Positions 18,837 through 27,562 of a DNA stretch of 64,000 nt are shown here, one piece after another. The stretch covers positions 5,038 through 69,037 of the forward strand of contig CAZOVA010000003.1 of the NCBI GenBank assembly GCA_964583625.1. The letters are read 5' to 3'. The notes beneath the pieces were generated by a model, which saw only the letters and a list, made by a program, of their open reading frames with translations, ran no database searches and was not told the origin of the DNA. The translations under genes and the position numbers were made by a program. Position 1 is the first letter of the stretch, and every line of letters starts with the position of its first letter. This DNA is from an uncultured Pseudomonadales bacterium. GTDB lineage: Bacteria > Patescibacteriota > Microgenomatia > UBA1400 > PJMF01.

Positions 18837-19495
18837 TTTTTTTCCTGCTCCTCTCTTAAAACCTGTAGCTCTCTCTCTAAACCTTCAATAACAGCTAGTA
18901 GTTGCTCCTTATTTTCCACAATGCGATAAATATTTCGCTCCTTTTCTCCCACTAAAAAATTGGCATTAATTGCTTCCATAACATCAAACCAGAAACTGCC
19001 ATAAAGGACTATCGGCTTATGGCGGCCATAATACAAATGACCCACCAGCCAAGCTGTGGCCCACTCACTCAAGGTTCCAGTTCCGCCACGAAAGCAAACA
19101 AAAATGTCGGCTTGAGAGAGTAAACCAAAAAGTCTTTCAATATAATTTTGCGTTTTGATTTCTAAAGTCAGGTGGTTATTTGGTGATTGCCCCTCAAACT
19201 CTAGCAAATCATCATCCAAAGGATGAAGAGTGACCCCAATGGTCTTACCACCAACCGCTTCAGCCCCCTCAGTTGAGGCCTGCATAATTCCTGGTCCGCC
19301 ACCATTAATAATAATTTTTCCTCTTTCTGCCAAAAGCTTGGCGCATTCAAACGCCTCACGATAAATCCGACTTTCACTAGAGACATCAGCACTGCCAAAA
19401 AAAGCCACCCGGCTAATTAGCCAATCGGTTTTTAATCCAGGAACATGGACTTCTACCTGGCGTTTGAAATCATCACTCGTCATCATATTTTTCAC
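18833..19495 (-). CDS. LOG-family (TIGR00730) Rossmann-fold nucleotide-binding protein
   Basis: GGGPGIMQA and RGGTGTLSE (PGGxGTxxE) motifs. Confidence 0.75.
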   Translation of the reverse strand: MKNMMTSDDFKRQVEVHVPGLKTDWLISRVAFFGSADVSSESRIYREAFECAKLLAERGKIIINGGGPGIMQASTEGAEAVGGKTIGVTLHPLDDDLLEFEGQSPNNHLTLEIKTQNYIERLFGLLSQADIFVCFRGGTGTLSEWATAWLVGHLYYGRHKPIVLYGSFWFDVMEAINANFLVGEKERNIYRIVENKEQLLAVIEGLERELQVLREEQEKK

Positions 19496-19540
19496 TGTTC
19501 ATTATCTAATATAAGTTAATGCTTGTCAAACCTCTTTCAC

Positions 19541-19569
19541 TTGACAAAAGACCTATAATATGTTATAAT
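19541..19569 (+). promoter_or_regulatory. Strong sigma70-type promoter: TTGACA-N17-TATAAT with TATGT extended -10; module AAAGACCTATAATATG identical to the 2459 promoter
   Basis: TTGACA 19541-19546, TATAAT 19564-19569; divergent -35 (TGTCAA at 19526-19531) with GATAAT serves the LOG gene on the minus strand. Confidence 0.55.
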
Positions 19570-19737
19570 GAAGTCGTTATTTTCAGCTTTTACTCTTGAA
19601 TAATTAAGCTTAGACAGGCAGTGAAAGTTTGGAAAAACAAAGCTCTTTGAGAAATTTCACCCAAGTTTTTTATAAAACTTAGGGCTTAAGATAAATATTT
19701 TTTCAATTTAATAAAGACATGCGGAGGAAATGGAAAA

Positions 19738-20244
19738 ATGAAAGCATCGGAAAAAGTTGTTTGGTTAATCGACAACCTGGAATTAGAGCAGATCAAGCCG
19801 AGCTCTTTGGTTCTCTCACTTCATTTAATGGCAGAGACAGTGGGTAATGACTATGATTGGCCAACTCAGGGCAGACTCCCGATAGAAAAATTGGCAATTC
19901 TAAAAACCATGATTGATTTTTACCCTCTTCGCCAAAGAACAAGTAATCATCAGTTTGAAGCCGCCTGTCATCAAGTCTGTCTGTGGTTAACGAATCAGAC
20001 AGAGATGGAAGAAGTTAACAGTAAGCAAATTGGCTGGTGGCAAGTCGTAGTCGCTTGTATCTATCTCCCCCTGAATGCTCTCTGGCATCGTTTACCTGTC
20101 ATCTTTAAATTCCTGTTCCAATTATTCCTTGTCTTGTTTATGGTTTGGCTATTTATGATCCTCTTCAGGATGCTGGGAGCCCTTTACGGCCGCTGGCCGC
20201 TGGGTTGGAAAGAAATTTTCAACCCTTTTTATAGTCTTGGATGA
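19738..20244 (+). CDS. Hypothetical protein with C-terminal TM helices
   Basis: ORF preceded by GGAGG RBS and about 165-nt leader; followed by a clean terminator. Confidence 0.5.
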   Translation: MKASEKVVWLIDNLELEQIKPSSLVLSLHLMAETVGNDYDWPTQGRLPIEKLAILKTMIDFYPLRQRTSNHQFEAACHQVCLWLTNQTEMEEVNSKQIGWWQVVVACIYLPLNALWHRLPVIFKFLFQLFLVLFMVWLFMILFRMLGALYGRWPLGWKEIFNPFYSLG

Positions 20245-20259
20245 GTTCCAAAGAGACCA

Positions 20260-20290
20260 AAACCTCAGCCTAAAAACTGAGGTTTTTTTA
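20260..20290 (+). terminator. Rho-independent terminator
   Basis: AAACCTCAGCC-TAAAAA-CTGAGGTTTTTTT. Confidence 0.6.
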
Positions 20291-20311
20291 TAATTATTTT
20301 TTCCTTATATC

Positions 20312-20340
20312 TTGACAAATGTCCTATATTATGATATAAT
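20312..20340 (+). promoter_or_regulatory. Strong sigma70-type promoter: TTGACA-N17-TATAAT with CCTATATTATGA module
   Basis: TTGACA 20312-20317, TATAAT 20335-20340; about 200-nt leader before GGGAGG RBS and the ATG at 20545. Confidence 0.55.
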
Positions 20341-20544
20341 AAGATGTCTTTATTTATCTTTTGTTACCAATAGTCTTAAGCGATTATTAGGTGAAGTAAA
20401 GATAAAAAAGGCTCTTTCACAATTCACTCTTTTAAGATCTAAGTTTTCAAGGTCAATAGTTTTCCAGCTTTGTCCACTTTGGACCCGAGCTGTTATAAAT
20501 AAATATTTATTTCAACTTCATAAAAAAAGGGAGGTTCGAGACTA

Positions 20545-21876
20545 ATGACTAGGGAAGAAAGACGGACTGCTCGGCGAGAATGGCTCCAAAAACAGACCCG
20601 AGAGATCGGTGTTTTGGCAGTTATTTTGCCGCTGATAGTTCTGGCGACAGCCGCGATGGGCGGCTCAATGTCGTGGTCACTGTTGGTTTACGGTGTGGCT
20701 CTTTTGGTGAGCCCCGGACTGGGGCGGGTTTACTTTGTCCCATCCATTCTTTTACTGCCTTTGGCAGTGACTCTCCACCCCTCGATGCATTTACTCGGCG
20801 GGCTGATGGTGGCGCTAGTCTATGTTTTAGGTGGATTTTTGCTCACTAAGGGGAAAAAACCACCGGAATGGTTGACGAGCGTGGCAATTTTTTCCTTCCT
20901 AGCATATGCTGCACTTGAGGTCTCTCAAATCATTTCTTGGGAGACGAGCATTTCTAGGCTAGTAATTCTGATCGTCAGTGTTACCTTGGCCATATTCCTT
21001 TACTGGAAAAAGCCCACCTGGGCTTGGCGAAGACGGATTCTTTGGTTATTGGCAACGCTTATTGTGATTACCATGACCAACTGGCGAGCATTCAGCATTC
21101 AGATTGGCCTATCTCTCCCTCAGGGGATTGCACAAGGCGACTGGCTCGACAAAACTCTGACCTGGTTGATTGCTCCTCTTTCGCCAGTGTTTTGGCAAAG
21201 AGTAGCAAAAAGTTTTCACTTTGCCTATGATGGCAGAGTGTGGTTGTACGCTCTGGCAGCCCTTTTGACTTTGTTGGAAAATCAAACAACTTTGTTGGTT
21301 CAGCAAAGGCAGGACGGGCTAGACAATGAGCTTCGCAATCGAACAAGCTTTATGCTTCTAGCTTCAACCTCTTTACTCTGCGGTCTAGTCGGTGCCCCGC
21401 TGCCCGCCTTCTCAATGGGGGCTTTGGGGGCAACAAGAATGCAGTCAGAAGAAATAGAGGAAGAGCAGGAAAAAAGAACTCGAAAAAATCTTGCTCTCAC
21501 TTTGCTTTTGATGGGCTTCTTGCCCATCTTGGCGGCGGCAGGTGTGGCAATAGTTGTCACCCTCCAAACCCTATTTGCTTTATGGCTGATAGCTTGTTAT
21601 CTCAAAATCGCTCAAGGAACCTTATCCGACGTGCATCAACCTTTGATTCAGTCAGGTAAAAAATTGTTTGGGAGAGCAGAATCCTGGCCCGAAAGAAAAA
21701 CTTGGTGGCTTTTCTTAGTAATCACCTTACCGGTGTTAATTGCTTTGAGACTGCCGATATTCTATTTGGGATCAGACTGGTTGATACGCTTTCCTTGGCC
21801 ACTGGCAGCCATTGCCTTAGGTATTTTAGGTATGGCAGCTTATTGGTTATACAAAAAGATAAAAAGGAGTGAGTGA
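20545..21876 (+). CDS. Polytopic membrane protein (about 12 TM), GC-rich gene of probable foreign origin
   Basis: 443 aa; about 50% GC versus about 36% in flanks; five overlapping alternative-frame ORFs of at least 60 aa in the track (a sign of low stop-codon density); GGGAGG RBS. Confidence 0.6.
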   Translation: MTREERRTARREWLQKQTREIGVLAVILPLIVLATAAMGGSMSWSLLVYGVALLVSPGLGRVYFVPSILLLPLAVTLHPSMHLLGGLMVALVYVLGGFLLTKGKKPPEWLTSVAIFSFLAYAALEVSQIISWETSISRLVILIVSVTLAIFLYWKKPTWAWRRRILWLLATLIVITMTNWRAFSIQIGLSLPQGIAQGDWLDKTLTWLIAPLSPVFWQRVAKSFHFAYDGRVWLYALAALLTLLENQTTLLVQQRQDGLDNELRNRTSFMLLASTSLLCGLVGAPLPAFSMGALGATRMQSEEIEEEQEKRTRKNLALTLLLMGFLPILAAAGVAIVVTLQTLFALWLIACYLKIAQGTLSDVHQPLIQSGKKLFGRAESWPERKTWWLFLVITLPVLIALRLPIFYLGSDWLIRFPWPLAAIALGILGMAAYWLYKKIKRSE

Positions 21877-21887
21877 AAAGACATCAA

Positions 21888-21920
21888 GGGTCCCGCCTGA
21901 CTAACCGTCAGGCGGGCCCC
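21888..21920 (+). other. GC-rich perfect hairpin (14-bp stem) immediately 3' of the GC-rich gene; no U-tract
   Basis: GGGTCCCGCCTGAC-TAACC-GTCAGGCGGGCCCC. Confidence 0.4.
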
Positions 21921-21991
21921 AACAATTAGTTTGGAAAAGATTATTTATATATTAGTTATAAGTTATAATATAAAGTCTGATTAAAAATAAA

Positions 21992-22603
21992 ATGAAAAAA
22001 ACAAAAATAGTTAAAATTAGCTTAATTACTTTAATTAGTTGGCTTTTGGCTTGTTTATTTTTGATTAATATTGTGCAAGCCGCCACCGATCCTAAAGAAG
22101 AAGCTTTTACTAAACAATGCCTTCAAGAGCTCAAAGGTGACTATATTGCCAAAGAGAGCGTCCCTTTGGACAGTAATCCTTGCCGGGATGGAGGAGAGAA
22201 ATTAGAGGCAACGGCCTTTGGTTTACAAAACCTATTTTGTTGTCGAAATAAGCCCACCACTGAGATAACACCAGATTTGAGCACGACTGGTATGGTCAAA
22301 GACTTACAAAAAAAAGATTTAGCAGCGATCAATCCTTTGAAAGGTACAGTTTTAGGAAAAGCCACTCCAGCTGATGTTATTAATCGAGCTCTTTTCAAAG
22401 TAGTCTTTCCTTTAGCTGGTAGTTTGCTTTTTATCCTCCTAGTTTTAGGCGGTTTTGAAGTTCTAACCGCTTCTTTGTCAGGTAAACAAAACTATATTGC
22501 TATGGGTAAAGCCAGAGTGACAAACGCCATTATCGGTTTCATCATTCTTTTTTCCACCTATTGGCTTTGGCGAGCCTTAATGATTATTTTCAAAATTCAT
22601 TAA
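21992..22603 (+). CDS. Secreted protein with signal peptide, Cys-containing domain and C-terminal double-TM anchor
   Basis: MKKTKIVKISLITLISWLLACLFLINIVQA signal; 4 Cys; two C-terminal hydrophobic helices. Confidence 0.5.
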   Translation: MKKTKIVKISLITLISWLLACLFLINIVQAATDPKEEAFTKQCLQELKGDYIAKESVPLDSNPCRDGGEKLEATAFGLQNLFCCRNKPTTEITPDLSTTGMVKDLQKKDLAAINPLKGTVLGKATPADVINRALFKVVFPLAGSLLFILLVLGGFEVLTASLSGKQNYIAMGKARVTNAIIGFIILFSTYWLWRALMIIFKIH

Positions 22604-22610
22604 AATTTTA

Positions 22611-23513
22611 TTAAAAAATTTCTTCTCGGGGATATTTCTCTTCTAAAAGACTAAAAAGATAAGAGATAATTATTCCTATTATAAAAAGTAAGAGACAAAA
22701 AATCAGGGCTTGATTGAAGTTCAAGCCGCTTAGCAATAATTGTTCTGCTTGAAAGGCAGGAAAAACCACTGTAGGAAAAATTGCCAAAGATGAACCAATA
22801 ACTAGACCCAAAATAAAGTGATACATTTTAGCATAATATTTTTTGAATAAATGGGCTGCTAATTTGGCAAACAAAAAGATACAGACGATAAAGCCGATCA
22901 TCAGGGGAATAATAATACTCAAATTAAGATTTTTGATGCCAGTTGCCATTTTGTCATACAAGCCAAAATAAATGAGAAAATTGGAGGGACTTAAGCCGGG
23001 AACAATCAAGCCTAGCCCCATTAGTAAGCCAGAGGCCAACCAAGAGAAAAGGTTTGGTTCAACTTGAGTTAATTGTCTACCTCCCACTAACATGAGTAAG
23101 AAAACACCGATAGCTGATAAGGCCAAAATTATTAAGTCTTGAGTCAGACGCCCCTTTTTACCAGCTGTTTTATAAAGAGAGGGTAGAGTGCCAGCAACAA
23201 AGCCAACAAATAAGCAGACAAATTGAGCGGCATAGCGGCCAAAGGCTTGTTCCACTACTACAGAAAAAAGCACTATTCCTCCAGCCGCTCCCAAAGCAAA
23301 AGGTAGGAAAAAGAAGACATTTTGCCAAAATTTTTCTTTGAGATTAGCTAGAAATTTTATTAATGGATCATACATTCCCACAATCACAGCCAAAACTCCA
23401 CCAGATAGACCAGGTAAAATAAAACCAATACCGACAATTACTCCCTTGACCAATCTGATAAACCAGTCAATTAAAGGATTGCGAGAAGTTTTTTGTTTCA
23501 GTTTATTCATCAT
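22611..23513 (-). CDS. DUF368-like membrane protein (duplicated PGLSxxG motif)
   Basis: Two internal repeats each with PGLS(G/P)xG loops (ILPGLSGGV, IVPGLSPSN), about 8 TM helices. Confidence 0.5.
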   Translation of the reverse strand: MMNKLKQKTSRNPLIDWFIRLVKGVIVGIGFILPGLSGGVLAVIVGMYDPLIKFLANLKEKFWQNVFFFLPFALGAAGGIVLFSVVVEQAFGRYAAQFVCLFVGFVAGTLPSLYKTAGKKGRLTQDLIILALSAIGVFLLMLVGGRQLTQVEPNLFSWLASGLLMGLGLIVPGLSPSNFLIYFGLYDKMATGIKNLNLSIIIPLMIGFIVCIFLFAKLAAHLFKKYYAKMYHFILGLVIGSSLAIFPTVVFPAFQAEQLLLSGLNFNQALIFCLLLFIIGIIISYLFSLLEEKYPREEIF

Positions 23514-23545
23514 ATTTAGTCAATACTTCAGTAAATAATTGTGCT

Positions 23546-25282
23546 TTAGATTAAGGCTCTTCCTGTCATACTAATGGGTTTTTCCAAACCCATAATCGAA
23601 AGCATGGTCGGAGCAACATCGGCCAAAACTCCAGTCGGTAAAACACGACTTTGATTGAAATATTGCGGTCCAACAATAATTAATGGCACAGGATAAGTAG
23701 AGTGCTCAGTATCAATCTCTCCTGTCTCCATATTAATCATTTCTTCCACATTTCCATGGTCAGCGGTAATCAAAACAGTTCCTCCTTTTTGGTAAGTAGC
23801 TCTAACAATTTGACCCACTACCTCATCAATAACTTCACAAGCTTTAATCCCAGCTTCTAAATTACCAGTATGTCCGACCATATCTCCATTGGCTAAATTA
23901 ATGACCATGGCGTCATAATCAGCATTTTTGATGCGCGAGACCACTTCAGCGCTAATTTCTCTAGCACTCATTTCTGGGATTTGATCATAGGATTTAGTTT
24001 CTTTTGAGGGCAAGATTACCCGATCTTCTCCAGGGAAAATTAATTCTTTTTGACCATTCATATAATAAGTGACAAATTTCTGTTTTTCTGTTTCTGCCAC
24101 TCGCAACTGCTTAAGTCCGTATTGAGCTAAGACCTTACAAAGCGGCTCTCTCACTGGTTGGGGAGGAAAAGCTTCTGCCACCGGCAAATTATCTTCATAG
24201 CGAGTCATAGTGACAAAAAATAAATTTTTCAAAAACTTTTTTCTTTTGAAAGTTAGACTTTCCTTACCTTGTTCAGCATTAGTTTTCTCATATCTTTCTA
24301 GATAGGGGTCGAAGTCTAATTTTTGAGGAGCATCAAAATCAGTAATAACAAAAGCTCTGGTCAATTCCCGCGGGCGATCAATTCGATAGTTGGTAAAAAT
24401 CACTGCATCATTGTCGCCGATATTAATCACTTGGCCATGCTGATCTAGAACCTTAATTGGTTCGATAAATTCATCAGTATTACCTTTTTGATGTTGATTG
24501 GCGATGGCAGTGAGAGGATCAGTGGTAACCTCTCCTTCACCATTGGTTAAAGCATTGTAGGCTCTCTCCACTCTATCCCAGCGTTGATCTCTATCCATAG
24601 CATAGAAACGACCAACGATGGTAGCAATTTCGCCCACGCCCAAACTATTACATAAATCAGTCACTCTTTGAATGATTTCTGGTGATTGATAAGGAGGGGA
24701 GTCTCTTCCATCAGTAAAAAGATGAAGATAAACTTTTTGCAAACCAGCTTTAGAAGCCATTTCTAATAAAGTTAAAAGATGTTCCAAATTGGCATGAACG
24801 CCACCACTGCCAGCCAAACCCATTAAGTGTAAGGCAGACTGATTAGTTTTAACATGTTCAAAAGCGGCGGTAAAAGTTTGGTTTTTGGCGAAAGTGCCGT
24901 CTGCTACAGACATATTCAATCTAGGTAAATCCTGATAAACAATATTGCCCGCCCCGATATTAACATGACCAGTTTCACTATTGCCGTCTTCTCCTCTCGG
25001 TAAACCAACCGCTTCCCCAGAAGCAGCCAGTTGAGTGTGGGGAAAGGAAAGCCAAAAAAGATCCATATTAGGAGTTTTTGCCAAAGAAATGGCATTGCCA
25101 GCATTATTTGGTCCCAAACCCCAGCCATCAAGGATAAGTAAAACTGTAGGCTTTGGGCCATTATAAGGATGACGCGGATTTTCCAAAGAAAAACCCTTAC
25201 CGGTTAAAACTGGTTGAATAATATGTTTATTTTGCTCGATCATTTCCTTGATTCTGCTGATTAATGCGACGTAATTCGTCAC
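23546..25282 (-). CDS. gpmI: 2,3-bisphosphoglycerate-independent phosphoglycerate mutase
   Basis: LILDGWG, GNSETGHVNIGAGN (phospho-Ser) and C-terminal metal-binding motifs. Confidence 0.9.
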   Translation of the reverse strand: MTNYVALISRIKEMIEQNKHIIQPVLTGKGFSLENPRHPYNGPKPTVLLILDGWGLGPNNAGNAISLAKTPNMDLFWLSFPHTQLAASGEAVGLPRGEDGNSETGHVNIGAGNIVYQDLPRLNMSVADGTFAKNQTFTAAFEHVKTNQSALHLMGLAGSGGVHANLEHLLTLLEMASKAGLQKVYLHLFTDGRDSPPYQSPEIIQRVTDLCNSLGVGEIATIVGRFYAMDRDQRWDRVERAYNALTNGEGEVTTDPLTAIANQHQKGNTDEFIEPIKVLDQHGQVINIGDNDAVIFTNYRIDRPRELTRAFVITDFDAPQKLDFDPYLERYEKTNAEQGKESLTFKRKKFLKNLFFVTMTRYEDNLPVAEAFPPQPVREPLCKVLAQYGLKQLRVAETEKQKFVTYYMNGQKELIFPGEDRVILPSKETKSYDQIPEMSAREISAEVVSRIKNADYDAMVINLANGDMVGHTGNLEAGIKACEVIDEVVGQIVRATYQKGGTVLITADHGNVEEMINMETGEIDTEHSTYPVPLIIVGPQYFNQSRVLPTGVLADVAPTMLSIMGLEKPISMTGRALI

Positions 25283-26543
25283 TAATTTGCAATAAACGAT
25301 TGTGTTTCACGATTCTTTCTCCTCTATTTGGCGGTCCAAACTTAGCAAAATTTGCTCCTAAACCGACGGCCAAATCAGCTAGCAGATCATCATTGGTTTC
25401 TCCTTCGCGATTAGAAACGATAATTTGCCAATTATCTGACTTAGCTTTTTTAACAGCATTAATTAAATCAGTGACAGTCGCGGTTTGGCCAGTCTTGACG
25501 ATCAAAGTATTGGCCGCTTTCTCTTTAATAGCGACATCAATTAGATCGGCATTAGTGCGCGTAAGTGAATCACCGATAATTCGGGCATTATTGGAAAATT
25601 CATTGGTAAAAGTTTTCCAGCTAACCAGATCACTTTCAGCAAAAGGATCTTCAAAAGCATAAATTCCGTAAAGGCGATTCAAGTCTTTCAGGTAAGCCAA
25701 CCATTCTTTACTAGAGTAAGCCTCGCCTCTATCTTTAATTTTATATTTACCATTTTGAAAAAAACTATTGGCGTCAAAATCAGCTCCAAAAAAAGCATCA
25801 CGACCAACAACAAGGTTGATACTTCGGGCAGCTTCATTGAGTAAATCAAAAGCATCGGTATTTTTATAAAGATTGGGGGTATAACCACCACTTGGTCCGA
25901 CAGCCCTAATAGCTCCTTTTTCATGCAAAATTTTTCCCAAAGATTTAAATAAAGAAACAGCTAGCTCCAAGGATCGCTCAAAACTTAAACTATTAGCAGG
26001 GATAACTTGGAATTCTTGAAAGTCTAGATTGTCTGTTCCGTGTTTACCCCCATCAATGAGACCGTAAAGCATAGTGGGAACCGCCAAAACATCAGTTAAA
26101 TTATATTTTTTGAAAATATAATAATAAGGAGGCCAGCCATAGGCTAGGGCAGCTGCTTTTAAAATAGCTTGAGAAACGACCATTGTTGTATTAGCCCCCA
26201 AATTACTTAAATTTTTCGTTCCATCCAAAGTCAAAAGAGCTTTGTCCAATTCTTCTTGATCTATCGGGCTTTTTCCAATAAGAGCTTGAGCTACCCTTCC
26301 ATTGATAGCTGCCACCGCCTTGTGAACTCCCAAGCCCAACATTCGGTTTTGATCTTGATCCCGCAATTCGAGTAAGTCAGTTTGTTTACTAGGATTGGCT
26401 GTGGAGATACTAGTCACTACCACCACCCCATTATTGAGGCTGAGACAACATTCAAGGGTAGGAATACCTCTAGAATCAAGTATTTCTCTCGCAGTCAGAG
26501 CAGAAATAGTAATCTGATTAGTCGTCGCAGTAATAATTGTCAT
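25227..26543 (-). CDS. eno: Enolase homologue with substitutions at two catalytic positions
   Basis: Clear enolase alignment (GGKHG...QEF, FEDP, GDSL, KxG, ADLAVG); canonical AVGDEGG is AVGPSGG and SHRSGETED is SNREGETND; 56-nt overlap with gpmI. Confidence 0.75.
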   Translation of the reverse strand: MTIITATTNQITISALTAREILDSRGIPTLECCLSLNNGVVVVTSISTANPSKQTDLLELRDQDQNRMLGLGVHKAVAAINGRVAQALIGKSPIDQEELDKALLTLDGTKNLSNLGANTTMVVSQAILKAAALAYGWPPYYYIFKKYNLTDVLAVPTMLYGLIDGGKHGTDNLDFQEFQVIPANSLSFERSLELAVSLFKSLGKILHEKGAIRAVGPSGGYTPNLYKNTDAFDLLNEAARSINLVVGRDAFFGADFDANSFFQNGKYKIKDRGEAYSSKEWLAYLKDLNRLYGIYAFEDPFAESDLVSWKTFTNEFSNNARIIGDSLTRTNADLIDVAIKEKAANTLIVKTGQTATVTDLINAVKKAKSDNWQIIVSNREGETNDDLLADLAVGLGANFAKFGPPNRGERIVKHNRLLQISDELRRINQQNQGNDRAK

Positions 26544-26617
26544 GGTCTTATTTTAGCTTAATTGCTTCAAAAAAGCAAAATCAATTCTTCGGTTATTTAG
26601 AATTTTTTAATTAATAA

Positions 26618-27562
26618 TTATTTTTTGGCTGGCAATTTTCTAGCCAAACTTTGCAAAACTTTTTCCTTCAAGCTTGTGGTTGTTAATTGATAGTGAGCGA
26701 AAAGCTCATCGGCTTTACCAGATTGTCCAAACTGATCTTCCACTGCCAAAATTTCTATTGGCACTGGTTGAGTTTGGCTCAAGTAGGTAGTGACTAGGGC
26801 ATCCAAACCGCCACCCAGTAAAGCCTCTTGAGCAATTACTAAAGCTCCAGTCTGGCTAGCCGCTTTAATTAAACTTTCATGATCAAGAGGTTTGAGAGTA
26901 CTGAAATTCAAGACTCCAATCTCAAGTTCAAATTTTTGCAACTCTGAGGCTGCTTGTAAAGCGAGGGGTACCAAAAGACCAGTAGCGATAATAGTAGCAT
27001 CTTTTCCTTTTTTTAGTTCTCTAGCTTTACCTAAAATAAATTTGCCTGGTTGTGCGATGGCTTCACTTGGTTCTCGAGAAAGACGCAAATAAGTAGGCCC
27101 AAAACTTTCTATCATCGCTTCGGTGGCTGCTTGAGCTTCTTGATAGTCAGCTGGTAGGAGCACTTTCATTTGCGGCAAAACGGTTGTCAACGCTAAATCT
27201 TCCAAAGCTTGATGAGTGGCTCCGTCGGCGCCAGTCGCCAGACCAGCATGACTGCCAACTATTTTAACATCGAGATTTTGCCTTACCAAACTAACACGAA
27301 TTTGTTCCCAATTACGCCCTGGATTAAAAGCAGCAAAACTAGTAATGACCACGGTTTTACCCAAAGAAGCTAAACCAGCAGCTACTCCGACCATATTCTG
27401 TTCGCAAATACCTACTTCCAAGTATTGAGCGGGAAATTTTTTTTTGAAGTCGTCTAGACGCAAAGACTCAGACACATCAGCACTCAAAACCATCAAATTT
27501 GGTTTTTTAGCTGCTATTTTTACGATCGCCTCTCCGAATCCATCTCTAGTCGCTTTTAACAT
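26618..27562 (-). CDS. Transketolase, C-terminal subunit
   Basis: Pyrimidine-binding and C-terminal TK domains; adjacent to N-terminal subunit (split TK). Confidence 0.85.
   Translation of the reverse strand: MLKATRDGFGEAIVKIAAKKPNLMVLSADVSESLRLDDFKKKFPAQYLEVGICEQNMVGVAAGLASLGKTVVITSFAAFNPGRNWEQIRVSLVRQNLDVKIVGSHAGLATGADGATHQALEDLALTTVLPQMKVLLPADYQEAQAATEAMIESFGPTYLRLSREPSEAIAQPGKFILGKARELKKGKDATIIATGLLVPLALQAASELQKFELEIGVLNFSTLKPLDHESLIKAASQTGALVIAQEALLGGGLDALVTTYLSQTQPVPIEILAVEDQFGQSGKADELFAHYQLTTTSLKEKVLQSLARKLPAKK

Noticed and set aside
19520-19550. Inverted repeat TTGTCAA-N13-TTGACAA overlapping the -35 of the 19738 gene, which looked like a repressor operator
   Set aside because: The two arms are better explained as two divergent -35 hexamers. 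The left arm, read on the minus strand, is TTGACA-N17-GATAAT for the LOG-family gene starting at 19495.
20312-20545. 77-aa ORF in the track between the 19738 gene and the GC-rich gene
   Set aside because: It starts inside the TTGACA/TATAAT promoter, has no RBS and reads through an AT-rich leader, so it was treated as 5' UTR.
20580-21560. Five overlapping 65-89 aa ORFs on both strands inside 20545-21876
   Set aside because: They are an artefact of the high local GC (few stop codons), and the long 443-aa frame is the coherent membrane protein.
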